Shown here piece by piece: positions 39,198-49,224 of a stretch of DNA of 61,373 nt. Within the stretch, counting starts at the first letter, position 1; each line of letters opens with the position of its first letter. This DNA is from Candidatus Nomurabacteria bacterium. Its GTDB lineage: Bacteria > Patescibacteriota > Minisyncoccia > Phycocordibacterales > UBA5272. The position numbers were made by a program, and so were the translations under genes. The notes under the pieces are model-generated. The model ran no database searches, was not told the origin of the DNA, and saw nothing but the letters and a program-made list of their open reading frames with translations. The stretch spans positions 1-61,373 of the forward strand of contig CALRDS010000001.1 in assembly GCA_943354975.1 (NCBI GenBank), read 5' to 3'.

Positions 39198-41093
39198 TTA
39201 TGCACTAGTTTCACCATCTTTCTTTTCTTCTTTAACTTCTTCGGCTTTCGGTGCTTCTTCAGCTTTTGCATTATCAGCAGAAGTCTTCATCGCTTCCCCT
39301 ATCTTCATCATCTTCGTAGAAAGATTTTCACCTGCTTTCTTTAGAACTTCAATATCAGACCCGTCACGGGCTTTCTTTACTTCATCAATTGCTTCTGTCA
39401 CTTCTTTCTTTATTTCGGCAAATTTATCTTCAGCGCCTGTCTGCGCAGGCAGGTCTTTAAGAGCTTTTTCTGCTGTATGAACCATCACATCTGACATATT
39501 TTTTACTTCAACTAATTCAACTTTCTTTTTATCCTCTTCAGCATGAGTTTCTGCATCTGCCTGCATTCGTTTAATATCTTCGTCTGAAAGACCCGAAGAT
39601 GCTTCGATTCGAATTGTTTGAACTTTTCCTGAAGTCTTATCTTTTGCAGTTACATTTAACACTCCATTTGCATCTACATCAAACGTAACTTCAACCTGTG
39701 GCATACCACGTGGCGCTGGAGGAATGCCATCCAATATAAATCTACCAAGAGATTTATTATCTGTAGCCAGTGGTCTTTCACCTTGAGTAATGTGAATTTC
39801 TACAGAGGTTTGATTATCAGAAGCTGTTGAAAATATTTGAGATTTTGCTGTAGGAATAGTTGTATTTTTTTCAACCAACTTTGTAGCGACGCCACCCATA
39901 GTTTCAATTCCTAAAGAAAGCGGAATAACATCAAGTAAAAGGAGATCCTTGACGTCCCCTTGTAATACACCAGCCTGCACAGCAGCCCCGAGAGCAACCA
40001 CTTCATCTGGATTAATGGAACGGTTCGGTTCCTTGCCAAATAAAGCCTTCACAGCCTCTACAATCATCGGCATACGAGTCTGACCCCCTACCATTATAAT
40101 TTCATGTATCTCTTCTTTTTTAAAAGGCGAACTCTCTAATGCACGTTTTGTAATTTCGATCGATTTATCCACAAATTCTTTTGCAATCTCTTCAAGTTTT
40201 GCACGTGATACCTTCATTAACAAATGTTTTGGTCCGTCAGCACCAGAGGTAATAAATGGTATATTAATTTCAGTCTCTATTTGTGTTGATAGTTCATGTT
40301 TTGCTTTTTCTGCAGCCTCATCAAGTCTTTGAAGAGCAAGTGCATCTTTTGATACATCTATTCCTTGATCTTTTTTAAATTCAGATGCAATAAACTGTAC
40401 AAATTTTTGATCAATATCACGTCCCCCCAAATGTGAGTCACCATCTACTGATTTTACCTCAACAACTCCATCACCTACCTCTAGAATCGAAATATCAAAT
40501 GTACCTCCTCCAAAATCATAAACTGCAATTTTTTCATTCTTTACACTATTAAATCCATAAGCGAGTGCTGCGGCTGTTGGTTCCGGAATAATACGCATGA
40601 CCTCAAGTCCTGCGATTTTACCCGCGGCAATAGTTGCTTGTCGTTGAGTGTCATTGAAATAAGCCGGCACTGTGATAACGGCTTGTGTAATAGTCTCGCC
40701 AAGTTTTGCTTCAACATCTGTTTTTATTTTTTGTAAAATCATTGCAGATATTTCCTCAGGACGAGTGTCTTTGCCTCCTAAAGTAATAAGTACACCATCG
40801 TTTTCTCCTTTCTTAATTTTGTAGGAAACACGAGGGATATCATCTTGAACATCTTTATCACTAAATGAGTGTCCCATAAAGCGCTTCACACCGTGAATTG
40901 TATTTTCTGGATTCGTCACCGCTTGACGCTTCGCAATTTGCCCAACAGAACGTTCTCCATTTTTATTAACAGAGACAACAGAAGGTGTGGTACGATTACC
41001 TTCAAGGTTTTCGATTATTTTTGGTTGTCCTGCTTCTATAATTGCAACAGCTGAATTTGTTGTTCCTAGATCAATGCCGATAATTTTTGCCAT
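39198..41093 (-). CDS. dnaK: Chaperone DnaK
   Basis: [33 protein letters not shown]. Confidence 0.99.
   Translation of the reverse strand: MAKIIGIDLGTTNSAVAIIEAGQPKIIENLEGNRTTPSVVSVNKNGERSVGQIAKRQAVTNPENTIHGVKRFMGHSFSDKDVQDDIPRVSYKIKKGENDGVLITLGGKDTRPEEISAMILQKIKTDVEAKLGETITQAVITVPAYFNDTQRQATIAAGKIAGLEVMRIIPEPTAAALAYGFNSVKNEKIAVYDFGGGTFDISILEVGDGVVEVKSVDGDSHLGGRDIDQKFVQFIASEFKKDQGIDVSKDALALQRLDEAAEKAKHELSTQIETEINIPFITSGADGPKHLLMKVSRAKLEEIAKEFVDKSIEITKRALESSPFKKEEIHEIIMVGGQTRMPMIVEAVKALFGKEPNRSINPDEVVALGAAVQAGVLQGDVKDLLLLDVIPLSLGIETMGGVATKLVEKNTTIPTAKSQIFSTASDNQTSVEIHITQGERPLATDNKSLGRFILDGIPPAPRGMPQVEVTFDVDANGVLNVTAKDKTSGKVQTIRIEASSGLSDEDIKRMQADAETHAEEDKKKVELVEVKNMSDVMVHTAEKALKDLPAQTGAEDKFAEIKKEVTEAIDEVKKARDGSDIEVLKKAGENLSTKMMKIGEAMKTSADNAKAEEAPKAEEVKEEKKDGETSA
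39436..39453. repeat. 18-bp quasi-palindrome in frame within dnaK (LPAQTG)
   Basis: cctgtctgcgcaggcagg. Confidence 0.7.
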
Positions 41094-41160
41094 AACATTA
41101 ATAGTTTAAGTTTTTGTTCAATAAAATTTCAAAATCCCAATAATAATTTATTTCAATTCC

Positions 41161-41288
41161 TCAGAACGAAACAAATTGACCGAGATACGAAGCGCAAAAA
41201 GTTTTTGGGAGGAGATGTAGTTAAAGCTACATTGACCGACAAAAATGATGTTGTAACAAAGTAGATTGGTTAAGCTGTTTCGTTATGA
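41161..41288. repeat. ERIC-like structured element, copy B, overlapping the grpE stop
   Basis: Core gatacgaagcg...gaggagatgtag/ctacattgaccga...gtaacaaagta; outer arm mirrors the grpE 3' end. Confidence 0.8.
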
Positions 41289-41917
41289 CCAACGTGCACT
41301 CGGGCGGGACGGATAACGGTATCATTCATTCGGTAACCAGACTGTAGCACTTTTACTAGTTTACCATTTTCATCTTCGTTTGTAACGTTTACCATTTCCA
41401 TACTTTCGTGGAGTGCTGGATTAAATTCGTCTCCAATTTTACCGAACTGCTCTACCCCTTCTTTTTCTAATACAGATCGTAATTGCCCAAATATATATTC
41501 TATACCAACACGCCAATTTGAATCAACTTTTTCCCAGGATTCTACATTTCCTTTTGCCATATCATAACCATCAAGTACTGGAAATAATTCTTCAATGAAT
41601 CGCTTTGTGGCAAACTTTCTATCCATAGCACGATTAGACTCTACTTCTTTTTTAAAATTTGCATAATCTGCGCGCGTGCGTTGACTTAAATCCAAATACT
41701 CTTGTTTTTCAGATTCAAGTTTTTTAATCTTCTCACGAAGCTTTTTTATAGTTGTTTTTACATCCACCTCTCCCTCTTCATTTACTTCTTCAAAAGATAT
41801 GTCTTCATCACTCTTCGCTCCTTGAGAAACATCATCAGAATTTTCCGTTGAAGTCTCATGACTTATCGCTGATATTTCTTCGTTGTTAATTGTTTCAATT
41901 TCTTCTTCATTTTTCAT
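41270..41917 (-). CDS. grpE: Nucleotide exchange factor GrpE
   Basis: R.RADYANFKK, FNPALHE, VLQSGY...VIRPARV.V. Confidence 0.97.
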   Translation of the reverse strand: MKNEEEIETINNEEISAISHETSTENSDDVSQGAKSDEDISFEEVNEEGEVDVKTTIKKLREKIKKLESEKQEYLDLSQRTRADYANFKKEVESNRAMDRKFATKRFIEELFPVLDGYDMAKGNVESWEKVDSNWRVGIEYIFGQLRSVLEKEGVEQFGKIGDEFNPALHESMEMVNVTNEDENGKLVKVLQSGYRMNDTVIRPARVHVGHNETA

Positions 41918-42158
41918 ATTGTCAGAATATACATTATATCACAAGGTAGTGAAAATTGGCATCGTATTTTTATGTTTTGGCTACAGCCAAAACAATGCCA
42001 ATTTCTACAAAGAACTAAAGTTATACAGTAACGAAAAAATTATAAAAAGATCATTACACAAAAAAGCTTCCTTAAGATATCAAAATACCCAGAGAGAAAT
42101 ATTACTTTTTTAAGATTCCTTTTTAGTTTACATTGCATTGATACCCATGCACTTTTAG

Positions 42159-42196
42159 AAAAAGCCTCTCCAAGTAGAAACCTTGGGAGGCTTTTT
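42159..42196. terminator. Terminator of cassette ORF 42226-42630
   Basis: aaaaagcctctccaag...cttgggaggcttttt. Confidence 0.75.
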
Positions 42197-42225
42197 AGGA
42201 AGCAGCAAGCGAGATTTCACATTGG

Positions 42226-42630
42226 TCATGGAACCCCTCGACGTAGAGATTCCTGTAGCCAAACTGTGTCTTTTGCCCATTCAAGAATTTCGGGAAGTCT
42301 TTCATTCACAAGATTTTCATGGTCTCCAAAGACTCCGCGGAGTTGATATTTTTTGTTACATTCCAGAAGATGAGCATCATCTCCCAACAAATTAAAAACG
42401 AGGAGCCCGTGTGGATTAAACTCAGATTCATTTGATTTATCTCTCCCGATATTTTCCCAATCAAATGATATATCAGAATTTTCTCCCATCATCCCGCGAG
42501 GTCTTTGTATTTTATTGCTAAACAAAAAAACCAATTCCGTTGGTATTCCTCTACTCCCAAGCCTGAAGTAACGGAGAAATTTCGTATTCGGTAAACTGAT
42601 AATTGGACACATGCGGATAATTAAATCCAT
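42226..42630 (-). CDS. Orphan cassette protein (~134 aa; ATG 42630 preferred)
   Basis: GGGAGG SD 7 nt before ATG; promoter TTGATT-16-TAGTAT at 42688-42715. Confidence 0.7.
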   Translation of the reverse strand: MDLIIRMCPIISLPNTKFLRYFRLGSRGIPTELVFLFSNKIQRPRGMMGENSDISFDWENIGRDKSNESEFNPHGLLVFNLLGDDAHLLECNKKYQLRGVFGDHENLVNERLPEILEWAKDTVWLQESLRRGVP

Positions 42631-42767
42631 GAAGAAACCTCCCAACCAAGAACAGAATTTACTTGCTTAATTGCAAGAATATTTTAAATACTACAGAAAA
42701 TATATAATAAATCAAATTAACCAAAAAGCTTCCAATTTCTATGATTTCTTGTTAATTATTATATTTT

Positions 42768-42894
42768 GTAAACATATAATATTGAAATGAATACAAGACG
42801 CAAGGAATTTTTACTACCAAGACGTACACATGGTACGTCGCGTTGAGAAAAAATCCTGAGCAACGCAGTAGTCACTCAATATTTTAACGTTTAC
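42768..42894. repeat. ERIC-like structured element, copy C, overlapping the stop of the displaced rpsI end
   Basis: Core aatacaagacg...gacgtac/gtacgtc...gcaacgcagta; arms gtaaacatataatattga / tcaatattttaacgtttac. Confidence 0.8.
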
Positions 42895-42934
42895 TCCAAG
42901 TAGGTGCTTTGCAGGCTTTTTTGAGACCAAATTT
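42884..42934 (-). pseudogene. Duplicated 3' end of rpsI (KFGLKKACKAPTWSKR*)
   Basis: 15 of 16 aa identical to the rpsI C-terminus, with synonymous codon differences. Confidence 0.9.
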
Positions 42935-42940
42935 GTTAAT

Positions 42941-43078
42941 AGTATTTTTTACTTTTACCACCCATATCACTCTTAGGAGAAAGGTTTCGTTGAACAGATT
43001 AATCAACTACTGAGAAGATATTTACAAAAAAAACTAATTTTAAGTTAGAATAAGGTGTTGCACTTGGCGTTTGAAATT
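42941..43078 (+). mobile_element. IS30-family transposase remnant with probable right end
   Basis: Frame reads FYFYHPYHS*EKGFVEQINQLLRRYLQKK, matching the IS30 motif YF.HPY.SWE.G..E..N.L.RRY.PK with TGG>TAG; followed by gttgcacttggcgtttgaa. Confidence 0.75.
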
Positions 43079-43123
43079 TAATATGTTTCAACATAAAAAA
43101 ATTATTAATGTTATATTTAAAAC

Positions 43124-43432
43124 ATGGAAAAATCTCCACAAAATGAATTTACTCATATAGCTGATCTACTGTCTAAAATAAACACTATTTCTCTCGATGA
43201 TATAAGACAATTCCAAAATAGTCTTCTACGGCACAATACTAAAATATTTGAAAGACTACCAATGCTCGAACAGAAAATTTTAGTAGCAATAAGTAAATTA
43301 ACAGAATCACAATTAGAACATATATATTATACAGCAGAAAAGGGAGGTCATATACTAGGACTTCATGATTTAAAAAACCATGTAAATTTCTACAAAGGAT
43401 TAACTACCAATACTGACCCAAAAATACACTAA
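43124..43432 (+). CDS. AT-rich orphan protein (102 aa) between the two rpsI ends
   Basis: ORF; TGtTATATT 6 nt before ATG. Confidence 0.65.
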   Translation: MEKSPQNEFTHIADLLSKINTISLDDIRQFQNSLLRHNTKIFERLPMLEQKILVAISKLTESQLEHIYYTAEKGGHILGLHDLKNHVNFYKGLTTNTDPKIH

Positions 43433-43458
43433 ATATTTTTAACGACTAAATAGGTTTG

Positions 43459-43866
43459 TTATCTCTTACTCCAAGTAGGTGCTTTACGAGCTTTCTTTAG
43501 TCCAAATTTCTTTCTTTCTACTTGTCTTGAGTCACGTTTCAAAAATCCAAGTTTCTTAAGAGTGTTTTTTACATTTTCATCTCGCATAACTAGAGTACGA
43601 GAAAGTCCATGGCGAACAGCTTCAGCTTGAGCATGTATTCCTCCACCTAAAACATGGACTGATACCAAAAACTTTTCTCCAACTTCTCCCTTTGAAATAG
43701 CCTCCTGAGCAATCATTTGAAGCTCACCAGTCGCAAAATAATCCTTCACATCCTTTTCATTTACAACAAAAGACCCCTTTGTTGCTGGAGTAATGCGAAC
43801 ACGAGCAATAGCAGTCTTTCGACGACCTACAGCTTCTATATAACGATTTTTTGTTTCTGTTGACAT
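43459..43866 (-). CDS. rpsI: 30S ribosomal protein S9
   Basis: GRRKTAIARV, GGG..AQ, RD.RQVERKKFG.KKARK..WSKR. Confidence 0.98.
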   Translation of the reverse strand: MSTETKNRYIEAVGRRKTAIARVRITPATKGSFVVNEKDVKDYFATGELQMIAQEAISKGEVGEKFLVSVHVLGGGIHAQAEAVRHGLSRTLVMRDENVKNTLKKLGFLKRDSRQVERKKFGLKKARKAPTWSKR

Positions 43867-43906
43867 ATAATTTAATAGTTTTTAGTTTACAGTTATCAGT
43901 TTTTAG

Positions 43907-44251
43907 TTATTCTTCAATGACTAAATTCTTCATACGAATATCTTGTAATTTATTTTTTGGAAGCATTCCATAAACGGCATGCTTTATAAGTTCAGAATAT
44001 CCTTTCTTTTCTACTACATACTTAAGTGGCATTTCTTTTAAACCCCCAGGAAATCCTGAGTACGATTTATGAACGCTTACATTCATTTTATTACCAGAAA
44101 CTTTTATCTTGCTAGCATTTATAACTTTTACAGATACATCCGCTACGCGATGTTTTACGAAATCTACACTATCTTTTGCATTAAGAAGAGCCGCGACCTG
44201 CGAAGCAAGACGTCCTAATACTTTATCTGTAGCATCAATTGTGTGTGTCAT
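43907..44251 (-). CDS. rplM: 50S ribosomal protein L13 (short form)
   Basis: IDA..KVLGRLAS, SGFPGGLK, AV.GMLPKN. Confidence 0.97.
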   Translation of the reverse strand: MTHTIDATDKVLGRLASQVAALLNAKDSVDFVKHRVADVSVKVINASKIKVSGNKMNVSVHKSYSGFPGGLKEMPLKYVVEKKGYSELIKHAVYGMLPKNKLQDIRMKNLVIEE

Positions 44252-44259
44252 AAAAATGA

Positions 44260-44613
44260 TTAAATAAATTCTATTACGGCGCGTTGCGCTCCATCTGAAA
44301 TACGTGTAGGTAATTTTAATATTCTTGTATAACCTCCAGTAACATCTTTATACTTTACAGCATATTCCTTAAATAATTTAGATGTTTCTACATCTTGATT
44401 CATTATGCGAGATGCAACTAATCTACGTCTCGATACAGCGTCTGTCTTTGCAAGAGTAACAAGCTTCTCAACATGAGGACGAATTTCTTTTGCACGAGCA
44501 AGAGTAGTCTCAATCTTTCCATGCCGTATTAGATTCACCAAAAGACCTTTTACAAAGGCTTTGCGTTCATTCTTCTCTCTTCCGAATTTTCTGATTGCTT
44601 TATGGTGTTTCAT
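44260..44613 (-). CDS. rplQ: 50S ribosomal protein L17
   Basis: I.TT.ARAKE.R..VEKL.T.AK, GGYTRI. Confidence 0.97.
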   Translation of the reverse strand: MKHHKAIRKFGREKNERKAFVKGLLVNLIRHGKIETTLARAKEIRPHVEKLVTLAKTDAVSRRRLVASRIMNQDVETSKLFKEYAVKYKDVTGGYTRILKLPTRISDGAQRAVIEFI

Positions 44614-44657
44614 ATCTCGCTTTTATATCTTTGGATCTCTAACTATATCACGCTCTT

Positions 44658-45620
44658 TTACGCCTTCAAAGTAAGACCCAGGTCAGAAAGTGCCTTTTTT
44701 ATTTCATTTATTCCTTTCTCCCCAAGACCGTCTGTTGCGAGTAAGTCTTCCTCTGATTTACGAGCAAGACCTCCTGCTGTACGGATAGAAGCAGAAACTA
44801 GGACATTTTCAGTGCGTGTTGAAAGACCTAAGTCTTCGATCTTTACTTTACTTGCATCAGTTAGATCAAGAGAGTCAGATGAGTCAACTATCGGAGCTAC
44901 GGGTTCCTTTGGCATATCAATAATTGGTTCACGGAATCCGACAACTGCCTGAAGTTGTGTGATCATCGTATGAATCGCATCTTCAAGTGCTTGATGTGGG
45001 GTAATAGTTCCGTCTGTTTCAATAGAAATACGAAGACGGTTGTGGTCTGTACGATCACCAACACGCATGTTCTCTACTTCATAACTAGCACGACGAATCG
45101 GGGTAAATGACGCATCAAGTACAATAGTACCAATGTCTGCCTTTTCTTTTTGTAAAATTTCTCGTGGAACATATCCAAGACCTTTTTCAACTGTAATTTC
45201 AATTGCAATATCGACATCCTTTGCAGTAGATTCACAGATGTACTGATCCTTGTTCATTATTTCTAATTGAGTAGGTAAAGTTATATCCTTTGCGGTAATG
45301 GTCTTTGTTCCTTTTATATGAAGTGTGCCCTTTTGCGCATCATCACCGTGTAGCTTAAAACGAGTCTTCTTAAGATTAAGAATAATTGCAATAACATCTT
45401 CTTTGATACCATCAATTGCGGAGAATTCATGCTTAACGCCATCAATTGATAATGATGTGATGGCAGCTCCTGGTATTGATGAAAGGATAATACGTCGAAG
45501 TGAATTTCCTAGTGTGTGTCCATAACCAGGAAAAAGTCCATCTATTTCATACACACCAGAGACAGCATTTTCCTTAACAATTTTTGGCTTTGAAGGCAAT
45601 ATAATAGAATGTGAAGACAT
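44658..45620 (-). CDS. rpoA: RNA polymerase alpha subunit
   Basis: GYGHTLGNSLRR..LSS.PG, HEFS.I.G.KED, alpha-CTD. Confidence 0.98.
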   Translation of the reverse strand: MSSHSIILPSKPKIVKENAVSGVYEIDGLFPGYGHTLGNSLRRIILSSIPGAAITSLSIDGVKHEFSAIDGIKEDVIAIILNLKKTRFKLHGDDAQKGTLHIKGTKTITAKDITLPTQLEIMNKDQYICESTAKDVDIAIEITVEKGLGYVPREILQKEKADIGTIVLDASFTPIRRASYEVENMRVGDRTDHNRLRISIETDGTITPHQALEDAIHTMITQLQAVVGFREPIIDMPKEPVAPIVDSSDSLDLTDASKVKIEDLGLSTRTENVLVSASIRTAGGLARKSEEDLLATDGLGEKGINEIKKALSDLGLTLKA

Positions 45621-45740
45621 ATAGAATTAAAATGATTATTTCCGCAAACGGGCATAAGTGCCACTGCGGAAGCTGTTAGTTAATTACGCAAAACAGAAAC
45701 ACCCAGAAACACGATCGCCCTTATTAAATAAAGTTCCCCA

Positions 45741-45769
45741 ATTCTACCAGGGAATTGCAAAATATGCAA
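45741..45769 (-). promoter_or_regulatory. Internal rpoA promoter TTGCAT-17-TAGAAT
   Basis: Near consensus with TG extension, ~120 nt upstream of the rpoA ATG. Confidence 0.6.
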
Positions 45770-45879
45770 GGCTTTACCTGTGAACAGGCAAAGCAAGTCA
45801 AAAGTCTGTAAAATCCTTAAAATCGAAGGCGGGCGCATTTACTTTATAGACTTTACGAACTTTAGACTTTACAGACTTA

Positions 45880-46500
45880 TTACCTAGAGTAGTATTCCAA
45901 CACCTTTTGTGTGTCGAACATACCCTCGACTTCTCTGATTGTCCCCTTTACTTCAGCTGAAAGTGTGTTTGGATTAACGGTCACCACATGACTTGGTGAT
46001 AAAGCCGTTAATCTCTCAGCAAGTCCTTCGAAAACTTTTGCGCCCTTACTACCCTCACGGATAGAAATAACATCTCCTAATTTGACTTGGTAAGAAGCGA
46101 TACTCGCGCGTCGTCCATTTACCAAAATATGACCATGGGACACTAGCTGACGAGCAAGAGCGCGAGTATTAGCAAAACCCGCTCGGAACACAATGTTATC
46201 CAATCTCGCCTCAAGTAAACGGGCAAGCTTTAGTGCTGGAGTAACAGACCCACTACCTGTTTCATGGGTAGCAGTTGCAGTTTTCACATAATTTGAAAAT
46301 TGCTTTTCCATAAGACCATAAGTAATGCGCATCTTTTGTTTTGCACGAAGCTGTTCACCATATTCAGAGACACTCGATCGATGCTTTCTTTCGCTGTCTA
46401 GTTTTCCTGGAGCATACGGGCGCTTCTTAAAAGCGCACTTTTCACGTCCACAAAGTGATTCTCCAAGTCTACGGCAAGTTTTACATGTTATTCTACTCAT
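45880..46500 (-). CDS. rpsD: 30S ribosomal protein S4 (Zn-binding type)
   Basis: CKTCRR...C...KC, SEYG.QL..KQK, LE.RLDN.VFR.GF. Confidence 0.98.
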   Translation of the reverse strand: MSRITCKTCRRLGESLCGREKCAFKKRPYAPGKLDSERKHRSSVSEYGEQLRAKQKMRITYGLMEKQFSNYVKTATATHETGSGSVTPALKLARLLEARLDNIVFRAGFANTRALARQLVSHGHILVNGRRASIASYQVKLGDVISIREGSKGAKVFEGLAERLTALSPSHVVTVNPNTLSAEVKGTIREVEGMFDTQKVLEYYSR

Positions 46501-46505
46501 AAATA

Positions 46506-46940
46506 TTATATGTGACGAGGCTTACGAGGCTTTGGTCCATTGTGTGGAACCGGTGTCTTATCAATAATTGAAACAATATCTACACCGAATGTAGAAAATC
46601 CTCTGATGGCTGACTCACGTCCAGATCCCACTCCCTTTACGATAACAGCTACTTCCTTAAGTCCAGCTTGCTGTGCTTTTTCACCAATCAATTCTCCAAT
46701 TTTAGACGCTGCAAATGGTGTTCCTTTCTTTGCCCCCTTAAATCCTAGTGCACCAGAAGATGACCACGCAATAATATTACCTTCTTTATCAGAAAGTGAA
46801 AGTCTTGTGTTGTTGTAAGTAGACTCAACAAAAAGAATTCCTTCTACGATTTTCTTTTTCATTGTCTTGGCTAAAGAGCGTGCTTTTAGAGCACTATCAA
46901 CACCTGAACTATTCTTTTTTACTATACGTTTCTTTCCCAT
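46506..46940 (-). CDS. rpsK: 30S ribosomal protein S11
   Basis: STYNNT, GFKGAKKGTPFAA, TP.PHNG. Confidence 0.98.
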   Translation of the reverse strand: MGKKRIVKKNSSGVDSALKARSLAKTMKKKIVEGILFVESTYNNTRLSLSDKEGNIIAWSSSGALGFKGAKKGTPFAASKIGELIGEKAQQAGLKEVAVIVKGVGSGRESAIRGFSTFGVDIVSIIDKTPVPHNGPKPRKPRHI

Positions 46941-46968
46941 GTTTTTATATTATTTTATTGGTCTACTT

Positions 46969-47349
46969 TTATGTTTTCTCTGTCTTTCGGCGTCCACTAC
47001 CCATAGTACGACGTACGTTACCTCTCACTGTACGACTATTTGTTTTTGTACGTTGTCCACGAACAGGAAGATGCCTAATGTGACGGATACCTCGGTATGC
47101 CTTAATATCTTTTAGACGCTTTATGTTTTGCTGAGTCTCTCTCTTAAGATCTCCTTCTGTTTTAAAAATTTCAATCTCACGACGAATCAGATTTTCCTGT
47201 TCTGCGGTTAACTTTGTAGTCTTCATCCCCTCATCAAGAGCAAGCTTCTTAATAATCATCTTTGCGCGTGAACGTCCAACACCATAGACAGCAGTTAGTG
47301 CAATTTCTAGTCGTTTATTTTCTGGGAGGGTAATACCTGAGATACGCAT
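46969..47349 (-). CDS. rpsM: 30S ribosomal protein S13
   Basis: YGVG, YRGIRH..LPVRGQRTKTN.RT. Confidence 0.98.
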   Translation of the reverse strand: MRISGITLPENKRLEIALTAVYGVGRSRAKMIIKKLALDEGMKTTKLTAEQENLIRREIEIFKTEGDLKRETQQNIKRLKDIKAYRGIRHIRHLPVRGQRTKTNSRTVRGNVRRTMGSGRRKTEKT

Positions 47350-47401
47350 GATAGATAGTTTTTTAGTTTACTGTTGTCAGTTTTCAGTTAAATTCTGATA
47401 C

Positions 47402-47515
47402 TTAGCCTTGAGCTTGTTTATGTTTAGGATTTTCGCAAATAACACGAAGTACACCACCACGTTTTATCATCTGGCATTTTGAACAAATTTTTTTTACTGA
47501 TGATCGTACTTTCAT
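47402..47515 (-). CDS. rpmJ: 50S ribosomal protein L36 (not in ORF track)
   Basis: [37 protein letters not shown]. Confidence 0.97.
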   Translation of the reverse strand: MKVRSSVKKICSKCQMIKRGGVLRVICENPKHKQAQG

Positions 47516-47572
47516 GAGAAAATATGGGACGTATTCTACTATAACTTGATAAATAATGCAAATTAAAGGCTT

Positions 47573-47785
47573 TTATAGTCTCTTGATAATTCTACCTCGA
47601 CCTGAATATGGGTCAATTTGCATGCTTACTTTGTCTCCAACGAGAACTTTTATCTTGTGAACTCGCATTCTACCAGCAAGGTTTGAGAGTATTTGTTTTC
47701 CACCACTAACTTCTACTCTAAAGAGAGTACTCGGTAGTGCTTCTACAACACGCCCTTCAACAATGTCCATTTCGTTTTCATCCAT
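47573..47785 (-). CDS. infA: Translation initiation factor IF-1
   Basis: EG.V.EALP...FRV, GRMR..KI.VL.GD.V, GRII.R. Confidence 0.97.
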   Translation of the reverse strand: MDENEMDIVEGRVVEALPSTLFRVEVSGGKQILSNLAGRMRVHKIKVLVGDKVSMQIDPYSGRGRIIKRL

Positions 47786-47823
47786 AGTTAAGACATCAAT
47801 TATACCAGAATTTTACTCATTTA

Positions 47824-49224
47824 TCAACGCTTAGGTAGAGACTCCACCACTTTAATTTTTGATACGTTATCTGGGAATGTCATAAGCCATAGAGGTGAGA
47901 AGCCTATTTCTGCTCCCTTTATAGAACTAATACCTCCCATTAAGGATTCAAACTCGGCACGTTTCTTTCCAGCAACTAACTTTTTCAAAATACTTTCATC
48001 TGTGATCCAAACAAGTCGTGAGTTACCCCCCACTAATACGTCTAGCTTGCTAAGGGCACTAATTTTATCAGTATCTTTTCTGGTGTAGTTAAGCATCTCC
48101 GTATAGTCTAATCTAACTGGGTCACCCTTCTTATAATCACGAGCAGAGAACGCGACTTTGTTTGCGAGTTCTGCTGCAGAAGCAAATATCAAGTAACCTG
48201 TCGCAGTAACTTCATACGTAGAAGTTTTACCCTGAAGAACTTCTACTTCGTTATCCTTGTAAGTAACTTCGACTGCACTGTACAAACCTATATATCCATC
48301 TTTTTTCATTATTGAAAAAGTAGATTTTATTTTCTGCGCAGTTTCAAGTGCTAGCTCATCTTTTGCAGCATTAACATCTGACTGTGAGGCAAGTGACATG
48401 TTTCCAGAAGAACCACCAGTTATAGGGCCATCAGATCTAGCAAAGAATGCTGTGAATCTCGGAGTACCTTTGAATCCTGGGATAGTGAAGTCTGCTGGCG
48501 CACTATTATAGTCAGCCCCATAACTATCTGCATAAACAGTGACTTCTACGCTACCTGGTGTAGTACCAGACTTACCTGGAATAGTTACTGACTGATTGAT
48601 ACGATAAATTTTCCCGCCAGGAGTTTCAAAACGAGTATTCTTTATAAGTTTTTGTTCAGATGAATCGTAGTTGTTATAAATAATTATTTTTCCAGATGCT
48701 TTTGCTTCTACTTTTTTAGTTTCTGAAAGTGTGAGTACTTTTGAACTTGTGAGTGATGTCGTGGCCACTATAAAAGGAATACTGTTTGTATCTGCAGAAT
48801 TTTGGCTAAAGTTAAATGTCTTTCGGAAATTATCCATATCCTGATATTTCGGAGTTATAGTTACTGTTGCACTATTAAATACATACGTGAGTAACCCCGT
48901 ACCGACTGCTAGTACTAAAACTGTAATGATAAAAGCCCAAGTGCCAAATGACTTGTTGGACTTCATATAACGAGTACGTGGGTCTCTGTACACTATGTCT
49001 CCACGACCTCCCTTTTCTTCACCGACACCTTCACGTCTCCTTTTAGGAAACATCTCCATGTGGTCTAGATTTCGACGATTACGAAATGATCTGTTTGGAA
49101 TTCGTACTGACTCTTCGTCATCTAATTCATCATCTGAATAATCATTAGTTTCAAATTCTTCTACGCGATGTGAAATATCACGGCTAGATTTTGAACGAGT
49201 GTATGGTTTGCGAATGTCTTGCAT
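47824..49224 (-). CDS. Membrane-anchored protein with baseplate-J-like beta domain
   Basis: Charged N-tail, one TM, KASG.I.IYN...L...TRF, V.VYAD..G..YN, FTIPG. Confidence 0.75.
   Translation of the reverse strand: MQDIRKPYTRSKSSRDISHRVEEFETNDYSDDELDDEESVRIPNRSFRNRRNLDHMEMFPKRRREGVGEEKGGRGDIVYRDPRTRYMKSNKSFGTWAFIITVLVLAVGTGLLTYVFNSATVTITPKYQDMDNFRKTFNFSQNSADTNSIPFIVATTSLTSSKVLTLSETKKVEAKASGKIIIYNNYDSSEQKLIKNTRFETPGGKIYRINQSVTIPGKSGTTPGSVEVTVYADSYGADYNSAPADFTIPGFKGTPRFTAFFARSDGPITGGSSGNMSLASQSDVNAAKDELALETAQKIKSTFSIMKKDGYIGLYSAVEVTYKDNEVEVLQGKTSTYEVTATGYLIFASAAELANKVAFSARDYKKGDPVRLDYTEMLNYTRKDTDKISALSKLDVLVGGNSRLVWITDESILKKLVAGKKRAEFESLMGGISSIKGAEIGFSPLWLMTFPDNVSKIKVVESLPKR

Noticed and set aside
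41946..42008. Canonical CIRCE operator
   Set aside because: Half-sites and spacing do not fit TTAGCACTC-N9-GAGTGCTAA.
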